A stretch of DNA of 55,630 nt, the filler included, from Jimgerdemannia flammicorona (lineage: Eukaryota), in NCBI GenBank assembly GCA_003990765.1. It is 2 parts of 2 records of this genome, joined end to end, with 100 filler letters (N's around TTAATTAATTAA, not from the genome) between each part and the next. Parts side by side here need not be neighbours in the genome. Positions count along the whole stretch, not along the records: positions 27,869 to 55,630 come from RBNJ01000605.1; 1 more part is not named here. One strand, given 5' to 3'. The notes beneath the pieces were generated by a model, which was given only the letters and a program-made list of their open reading frames with translations, searched no databases and was not told the origin of the DNA. Every line of letters starts with the position of its first letter. Within the stretch, counting starts at the first letter, position 1. Below, piece by piece: positions 47,143 through 55,630 of the stretch. Position numbers and translations under genes: made by a program.

Positions 47143-47841
47143 TGTTATAGATTGGAGAGCTCCTGCTGCTGCTAAATATGATGATATCATTAGTAATGAT
47201 GTTATTCTGTATAACATATGTGAGATACACAAAGTACGTGAAATGGATGAAACATTTACAGACCTCATCTCCTTTGAAGATATCTTGTCCCTGACCTTTG
47301 GCCTTAATGATAGTGACAAAGATGATTCTGAACTTTCTGCTTTAAGTTCTTAGCAACACTAGATTCTACCAGTATTCTTTTCCTGTGTAACTATTATTCT
47401 TCTGGTATTCTGATCTTATATAACTCAGAATTCTTCTAGTATCCTTTTCCTGTATCACTGAAATTCTACTAGCATTCTGAACTTATACAACTATTTATAC
47501 AGATACTTGAACTTATACTTATAACTATAGTTTTCTGTATTCCAGTATTTTATTTGGTTATTGGAATTTATATTTAGCTTTATAACTTTGTAACTATTGA
47601 ATTATATTTTGTATAAATATCCCTCTTATTTCCTTTGAAATAAAGTCAGTTTCAATTCACTTACTCTCAATTCTATGTAAGCAATCTAAGAGATAATAAG
47701 ACAGTTTAAAGATAAGAAGTTTGAGGACTATAAGATCTTAGAAAGGCACTTCAATAAGAACTTATTTATAACAAACTTGTGGTTAGTCTAAGAGATATAT
47801 CTTGGAGAGAGTCTGATGTATTTGAAGGACTCTATATAACA
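47143..47841 (+). mobile_element. 3' LTR (about 700 bp) of the gypsy element
   Basis: Inverted termini TGTTATA...TATAACA, preceded by the purine tract AGAAGAGAA. Contains TATAAAT and AATAAA; its 3' half matches 1321-1612. Confidence 0.8.
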
Positions 47842-48003
47842 ATAGATATAAGCTCAATCAGACTAAGAGCTATTCTTGTATAAAAGAAAGATAAAGTTAA
47901 ATATATAATTACATATCTCAGCCAAGAAATCTACAGAGAAGAAAGAGAATATAAATTCTACAAACTTAAGTATCTCATAATTATCTAGACTATAGAAAAG
48001 TTC

Positions 48004-48040
<37 letters not shown>

Positions 48041-48160
48041 GTCACTTAGACTCACTTTATTAACTAGTCTATAATAAATATGCAGTTCTCATACCTCACC
48101 AGTAGCCCCACTCAACCCACTCTATTTGTTTTACTACTATCTTATAAGAAGACACTTCAC
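48004..48160 (-). mobile_element. Short 3'-end fragment of a related LINE with a (TAA)n tail
   Basis: (ATT)n run followed by ATAGTCACTTAGACTC...AGTCTAT, matching the sequence next to the poly(T) at 32781. Confidence 0.6.
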
Positions 48161-48299
48161 TATCCTAACTAATTATTTAGTCCTTATCTGATTGTTGACT
48201 ATAAATAAACTTAAAGAGATATTTGCCAGATAGATTATGAAACTATAAGTCTATAATATAACTATCATATATATATTATTGATATTCTAAAGGACTCAC

Positions 48300-48500
48300 A
48301 ATCAGTAAAACCAAAATGAATAAAGAACTCTACTATAGAATTATTATCTATCTGGAATAGTAAAAGATATCTCAATATCTGGAAAAAAGACATAAATAAT
48401 TATTAATAAAATCTAGAAATAATTCAAAACTAACTCAAGAAGTACTATAGTTAACTAATAAAGTACTACTCTGGTCCTTAAGATTATAAGTACTATCTAG
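48300..48500 (+). mobile_element. Highly decayed fragment of a related gypsy pol (pre-integrase region)
   Basis: ATGAATAAAGAACTCTACTATAGAATTATTATCTATCTGGAATAG resembles 44710-44757. Confidence 0.5.
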
Positions 48501-49039
48501 CAAGCTATAGAAAGACAATGACTATAGAAAGATAATAATGTTCTACTGAGTCACTAGCTATAGAGGATTTCTTTAACAGTATTTAAAGTATTGTACAGAT
48601 CTATCTATTATATATTTCACACTTTGGAGTCTATCAGAACTATGCTAAGTTTTAAGAGTACTTTAAGTTAAGATAATTACTAAATAAGAAAAAGAATATA
48701 ACTAAAGAAGAGTAGATTACTGAGTACTAAATATTGTATATCCAAATTATCATCATCAAGTAGATTTACAAACTACAGTAGTAAGCAAAAGAGTAATAAT
48801 ATTTAGCAAACTTTACTTTTTTAAATAATATCTCTATAAATAATTAATATAATAAAATATAACTTATATTTTTTATATTAATATTATTTATTGTCACTCT
48901 TTGGCTTTTCCACTACAAATTTCACTAATTTAATATTTCATATAATCTCCTTTGACCTTATATATAGTAGCAATATGTCTTGGTATATTCTTATATAGGT
49001 TAATATATTTTTTAGTTAATATATCTTTCTATTCCTACT

Positions 49040-49515
49040 GTAATGTAGCAGATGCTTACTCTTGAAAGTACGTCAGATTTCTGTATCTTGAAAACTTGAC
49101 TGTTCTGACTCTCGCAGAGTCTCTTGAAGTTGTAGGGGAGAGTGGGTGAGTTCGAAGTATATCTGCCTGCAGGCTTACTAGTTCCTTTGCTATCTCTTTG
49201 CTTTGAACTATTTCGATCTGAGGTTTATTCACTTGAAGATACTGGGTTATTTATACAAGTTTGCTAGCTATGAGAGGGTGGCTAAGTAATAAATGAGTCA
49301 TTTGGACTTTGTCGAAACATTTGGACAATGTCTAAATACTATACTAAATTGGAACGTTCGATTTGGATAATGTCTAGAAATTTAGATAATGTTTAAGAAT
49401 TTAGACAATGTCGAAATCGAGGACTGCTAACTATAGGGCTATACTACTTTGGGAATGGGTGCGATCAAGTGTCTATTCCCTATTTCCTTCTTCCAAATTT
49501 GGCTGTACCATCACA
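49040..49515 (-). mobile_element. Possible solo LTR
   Basis: TG..CA-type ends, minus-strand TATAAAT (about 49248-49254) followed by AATAAA (about 49224-49229), and internal ATTTGGACAATGTC repeats. No partner copy in the window. Confidence 0.3.
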
Positions 49516-49749
49516 CTACTTAATATATTTTCAAAACTCATATATTTCTTTAGATAATTTATTATATATATTGAGTACTTATTTTAAATATCTCTAAAGA
49601 TATTTAATTAGATTAAGATCAGATAACTGTGCTGGCCAATCTAGCAAATAGATGAAATTGTCTTTGAACCAATTATATACTATCTTTGATATATGCTTTG
49701 AATTATCAGCTACTATTCACATTATACACACTTTTACAATATACTTTCA

Positions 49750-52700
49750 AAGTATTTATTAGAGAAAGGTATTAAGGTCATAGCAACCAATAAGCAAGCC
49801 AATATGCATACTAGGTCAGGTAGATCTGGAGCCTTCAACTGGTAATATATTGGATGAGGGTATGGATTAGAGATGGGATCTTTCAGTAGTCCAAGTGGGC
49901 AGGGCAGCTTGGATAGTGGTAGCAGTACTGGAGGAGGGGCAGAAGGGCAGAGGGGGAGGAACTTTGCTAATATATTGAAGAATGGAGGATGACCTATTGG
50001 AACTTGAGGAGGTTAGGTAGGAGAGAAGAGAAAATAAAGAGAAGGGAAAACAAAGGGAAGGGGAAATAGGAGGTTAAGCATCTCAGCCAGTAGGTGGAAG
50101 GACTGATGTAGTAGTAGCTGGGAGTAGGGGGAGACTACTGATGGTAGTGTGACTGGGGATCTGGAAAAAAATCCAGATATGACTGTTGATGGGAGAGCTG
50201 GGCTAATGGGACTAAAGAGAAAGGGGGACCTGGCTAATAGTGTGATGAGACTAGTAGTGGCACCATTACTCAAGAAATCAATCTCAGAGTTTGCTACAAC
50301 CTTGTACTTCCAGGGCTTAGTAGTAATAGTGTGAATGGTCCTGAGTATTATCTTAAAGCAGGTGGCTAGAGCTGTCTCAGTGAAGTTCCTGAAGGGACTG
50401 AAGGGAGTTGAAGTGGGTTTTGAGGAGATGGGCCCACTAAAGGAAGCATTGAAGACTGGAGTAGCTATAGGAGAGATGGTGGTCTCTATGGTATACTATC
50501 TGAGATAGGACCTCAGAGTGGTTCAGTTACTAGTAAAGGGGGTACTAATAGTGATAATGGTTGAGACTAAGAGGAGGGTTGAGGAGGTGATAGTAGAGTA
50601 TGGTGATGTGGTAGATATTGAATTCCAGATATAGGAGGGGACCACTTTCAGGACTAGAGATATGGATATTAGGATTCAGCTAGTTGGGAGAGAGGCTACT
50701 GAGAAGACAAGTGACTGGCCTTTAGTGATATTGTGGGGGGCCTTTATCTATAAGGTATGTATCAAGAGTAAAGGGAAGTGAGGAGAAGGAGAAGGATCTT
50801 TTGAAAGCATTGGAGAAACTTAGAAGAGTAGTAGAATGTCAGATAAAAGCTTAGAAGACCTATGTGGAGTCAATGCATTCAGAGATAGTGGAGAGAAAGC
50901 ATGTCTGGATAGATAAAAGGTAGTGAGAGAGGGCCCAAGAAAGAAAGCAGCAGAGAGAGCTGTTGATTAGTATAAAGGAAAGTACTGTAAAGGTGGTGAG
51001 TGGAATAGAGGGGCTTGCAGAGATGAAGGTGAGTACTTGGGCCAGTGGTGGAGAGGAGCTGGGGGAGGCAGGTGTTCAGGCAGAGAGGAGAGCTTGGGAT
51101 CAGATACTATATGATGATAGTGTACTAGAGGTCTTTGAGGACAATGAGGATAGAAGGGCACCAGCTGGCCCTGGAAAGATACAAGATAGTGAGGATGTTG
51201 AGATGAGGGATACACATAGGGTCAGGTTTGGAGTCTCTGATGCAGTAATGAAAGGACAGGCAGTAGGACTTCAGGATGATGAGCTGGTGGATATCTCAGA
51301 TGGAGAGTAGGAAGAATCTACCAGTATGGAGATTGATACCTCTATGTTAGGTGTGGGAAGGCCAGACACTCTGGGGGGAAAATATGTTAGAGATCTGTGG
51401 TGGACGTGCTACATTATACATAACTTGGCAGCTGAGAAGTTGGGAGAGATGGCCTTGAGAGTTGTTAGTAAGGAGCATTGGAAAAGGATACTTCAGGGAG
51501 ATGGTGTGGTGGAGGCTCTCAAGGTAGAGGTATTGACAATCTTTATGAGAGAGGAGGGGTATGAGGTAGATGAGGCAAGAGAGAAAGAGTTGGCAGTAGC
51601 TACTGGAGAATAGGCTGCATTCTAGTAGGAGCAGAGGAGAGGACTTCAACTTTGGCAAGAGACATGCCAGGAGTATAGGGATATGATGGAAGAGAAGAAG
51701 AATGTAGAACTGGCCAATCTTCTGACTAGGTTGGAGACTAATAAGCTAGTGAGAGTGGAGTCTACTGCAGAGCAGAGAATAGATCAAGCAAGGGAGGAAA
51801 GGAGAACTGAGTTATAAAGAGATCTTTCTTCTAAACATTATTCTCAATGAATAGTATAACTAACATTTTTTCTCTTAATGTGAATGGGTTATGGGGATCT
51901 GGGCAGTATAAGAACATTTTCACTTAGCTTAAGAGATTAGAGGTTGATCTCTTTCTGTTGCAAGATGTATATTATGAGAATGATATGGATTAAGTAAAGT
52001 AGACTAGAGAATGAGGAGGTGCTGTAGCTTAGATTGGCAAAGTGGCAATTTTGGTACAGAGTGATAAAGGGGATCTAGATGAAATCAGGAGCTGAGGAGA
52101 CTGTTTGATATGGGGGGAATGGTATCAACCTAGGTGGGAGCCAGTGAGAGTTGGTTCTTACTACTGCCCTGCAGCCAGAGGTGAGCAGATTGCATGGATT
52201 AAGATTCTTTTAGAGAAGAGTGCTCTCTTGGAGAATAGGATAGATATTCTGGGTGGTGACTTTAATATAGTACAGAACCCTCAGTTAGATAGAACTGATG
52301 GAGAGAGGAGTGCTGGTGAAAGGAGTGGTGACCTGGACACATGAGAGGAGGTAGAGAATCTTAGCTCCTTAGAGGATATGGGCAGAACATAGTGGGGAGA
52401 AAAAAGGATCTACACACACTGGGTGAATGGCTTAGGTATAAGGATTGACTGAATCCTAACAGCCAAATGCTGGGGTATGGATATTTGGAGGTCTCTGGAG
52501 GTGGAGTAGTGCCTATGGTCAGATCACTGGAGCCTATTAGAGCAGGGGCAGTTTGGGAGGAGTGGAGATAGACCTGGACATTAGTACCTTAACTCCTCCC
52601 TGCTGGCTAAGAAGGTATTATAGAACCTGTGGGTGGAGGGCATCCAGGTGAAGATTGCTAGCTGGATATGGGAGGGCTTGCCAGTAGGGGTTTGGTGGAT

Positions 52701-55630
52701 GAAGTTGAAAGAGACTATGAGGATTTACTGGGGGGGAGCTGGTAGGGATGCTGAGAGGCAGAGAAGGAAAAAGATAAGATGTGCTTTGAATAGATTGGTT
52801 AGACTGCAGATGGAATGAGCAGATTTGATAAAATCTAGAGAGATGGATGATTGGAGGTTGGAGCAAGCTAAGCTGGAGGTGGTGGAGTTACAACAGGTAC
52901 TAAGAGAGGAGGGGGAGATGCATATGAAAGAAATGGCAGCTAGGCTGAGGTGGCAGAGGCTTGAGGAGGGTGAGAGGCCTACTAGGTACTTATCAAGGCT
53001 CCTTTAGGCAAGAAGGGTGTGGTATTGATGGGATAGAGTCCTTGATACAGAGGGGGAAATGGTATATAGTATACAATAGATCTTAGAGTTGCTGAAGGAG
53101 AGGTGGAGGGGTCTGTGGAGCAAGAAGAAAGGGAGTGCTGATGTAGAGGCAATTGAAGACACTCTGAAGAATTAGGAGCTGCTGCAAGTAGAGGGCCTGG
53201 GAGATTTGATCCTACCAGTCCAGAAGGAGGAGATTCAGAGAGTTCTTGTAGCAACTAAGCTTGAAATGGCACCAAGAGAGGATGAATTACCTTGGGACTT
53301 TTGGAAGAAGATGGTAAGAGTCCCTAGAATATTGGGAGAAATGGCAGCCCTATGTGACCTTATTCTTTTGAATAGTGAGTAGGTTGGAGGGCAGAATCTA
53401 GGGCTGGTGGCCCTTTTGTATAAGGACAAGGGAAGGAGAGAGAACTGGAACCCATCCCTTCCTTCCTCTGCTCTTACCCAGTTATGAATCCACCCCACAA
53501 AAATAAAAAAGAGGAGAGAGAACTGGAAGAACTGGAGATCAATCATACTTCTGGATATAGACAGAAAGATGGTTACTAAGATGATCATAGTGAGATTACA
53601 GAAGGTTACCCAACAGATGCTAGGGGAGGAGCAGCAGGACTTTGTTGGAGACAGACTTATCAGAGATGAGATAGCTTAGGTCCATGGTATCAATGAAGAG
53701 ATACAGACTAGTAGATTCGATAGAAGACTGGTCTTTTTGGACCAGGAGAAGGCCTATGACTATATTCAGCAAGTGTGGCTGGGCAAGGTACTGGACAGAA
53801 TTGGTATTCTCTCATAATTTTAAGCTTCTATATTGAATCTGTTAGAGGGTAGTAGAGCAGTACTGATATGTAATAATCACTGAGGTCTGGCATTTTCTTT
53901 GGAGAGAGAAGTTCCTCAGAGAGATCCACTGTCTCCTATTTTATATACTCTTTCATTAGAACCTTTGATAGATAGGATTTGACAGAAGGTGGCAGAGCTC
54001 TCTATCTATAGTATGGTGTGGAAGATGGGGGCCTTTGTAGATAACATAGTGGTTAGACTTAGATCAGTGGCAGATATTGAGGTACTTAAGGAGATGGTGG
54101 AATGGTATGAGGCACACTCTGGAGCAAAACTCAACTAGCATAAGTGTGAGATAATGGTGTTGGGAAATGGGCTAGTAAGAGGAGACATCATTGAAACAAT
54201 TATCTCTACAGAAGAGGCAGTATAGTATCTGGGCATCTTTCTTTCAGTATATGAATCTGTCTCACCACAGGTATGGTGGGAGAAGAGGGTGGCCATCTGG
54301 GGAGAGGCTCTTAGAGGTTGAGGAGGTTGCCACATCTCCCTAGCAGGCTGGGTATCAATTCTGAATGTCTACTGGTTCCCTAAGCTATGGTATATAGCTT
54401 ATCACTTAGAATTTTCAGCTTGGGTAGTGAAGAGATTGATGAAGCTGGCTAGGGATTGGATTTGGGCTGGGAGGTGGTCCCAGATCAGTTGGGATACTCT
54501 TTCAATGCTAGTAGTTCAAGGGGAGCTAGGACTGGTAGATTTTCCTAAGAGATTATACTATCTGAGAGCTTGGTGGCTGAAGTGGACTATTGAACTACAG
54601 AGAGGGGAATGGGTGCTGCTGATGTAGAAGATGTGAGAGATGAGATTCTCCCCAAGAGGGTCCTCAGGGGATTTGCTATCTCTGGTGGATCTGGGTGAAA
54701 GCTGTCAGCTAAGGTATAAAGGCTTCTGGTAGGGGGTGGCAGATAGAGCTCACTGCATAGTCTTATACTGGTATAGCAATGAAGGAGAGATACTGTAGAG
54801 ACCAGCTATGTAGAGATAGGACAGCCTGCTATTGGGGAGTGCTCTACTTATTGAGTTTGATATTAGTGATAGAGTGGAATATCAGCAGAAACTTGGTCAG
54901 AATCTTTGGTCTAGCAGTTAGCAAGCAGTGAGGATTGGCAAGGAGTAGGACTGGACAGAAGTCTGATCATAGAGTGCAGAGATATGGAGGTGGCTTCCTC
55001 CCAAGTTCTGGGAAGTATGGTGGCAGATGTTATAGAGGAATGTCATGTTGAATTTCTGTGCTTAATATCTGATGGATGGTGAACAACTAGAATGTGAGGA
55101 GTGTTACAATGTTGGATAAGTTGGGAGATTTGTAGAGATACCAGAACATTGACTGGGAGAGTATGAGGTTCTGGGGGACTTTTGAATAGTAGTAGGTGAA
55201 TGGTTGGAGGTCAAGAAGAGATCAGATGGGGAGAGAGATCACTGAGAAGATTTGAGAACTAGGTTGATAGGAGGTATAGGCAATGAATGGCTCACTGTAG
55301 GGTGGGTTTTAGCTATATAGGTAGGGCTGGCTGGGCATTGGCTCTTTGTTTTTGAGGAGAGACAATAGTTGAGTTTGTAGGAGAAGTTGTTAAAATGGGA
55401 GAGGTTGATGGGAGATATACTGACAGGATGGTGGGTTGGTTGGAGTCTTCAGAGCAGGCATTATCACTATCTGATAGAAGGAATCTGTAAATAGAGTAGT
55501 GGGTAAGTAGTAATAGTTAATGACCTAGTAGTCTTTATCATAAAGAGGTGGGGGAAGAGAGGCCCCCTAGGGGAATTGGATAGAGGTGGGTTCAATGTAT
55601 TATATATGGGATAGATGGGTATATTAATAA
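49750..55630 (+). mobile_element. Second degraded copy of the L1/Tx1-like LINE family, running to the window end
   Basis: ORF1 homology to 36500-38400 (LEKNPD, APLLKK, NLAAEKLGE); APE NIFSLNVNGL, LGGDFNIV, WSDH; RT LDQEKAYD, VPQRDPLSP, AFVDN. Confidence 0.9.

Larger units (their letters stand above)
41589..47841 (+). mobile_element. 5'-truncated degraded Ty3/gypsy LTR retrotransposon: protease, dUTPase, RT, RNase H, integrase, extra 3' region, 3' LTR
   Basis: FDAIIDT (about 42105); IKTRSSLAK..EGGVIDPDYTG (42950-43030); RLCIDYRKLN, LDLFSGFHQI, YIDN; TDASAIGL (44331); MDIIGLLP, TDYGTEF, TTAYHPQGN (45094-45378). PR-RT-RH-IN order; many stop codons. Confidence 0.92.

Noticed and set aside
1190..47841. 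The two related LTR sequences as ends of one giant element
   Set aside because: They are visibly diverged, 46 kb apart and separated by a contig linker, so independent insertions are more likely.

Overview
Eukaryotic, repeat-rich sequence, most likely from an early-diverging (Mucoromycota-like) fungus. This is inferred from GT..AG introns, a Fanzor-type gene and a Mollicutes-like insert. A 100-bp N/TTAATTAATTAA/N contig linker at 27769-27868 means the two halves may not be adjacent. Most of the window is decayed, CpG-depleted, C-to-T-mutated mobile DNA: two long L1/Tx1-like LINE copies, a dUTPase-carrying Ty3/gypsy element with its 3' LTR, hAT and Sola-like DNA transposon remnants, and a multi-exon Fanzor/TnpB-like pseudogene. 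The standout is an intact, CpG-rich 9.1-kb retroelement (4475-13597, minus strand). It encodes Gag-protease and RT-RNaseH-PHD but has no recognisable integrase and no paired LTRs. It is circularly permuted: the C-terminus of its pol ORF lies at the opposite end of the insertion, and both junctions share GTATATACGT. This suggests a pararetrovirus-like or 1-LTR circular DNA captured without an integrase. A second highlight is a 1.6-kb pseudogene readable only with TGA=Trp (HIT-like protein), consistent with transfer from a Mycoplasma-related endobacterium. Family assignments come from motif recognition by eye; no searches were run.
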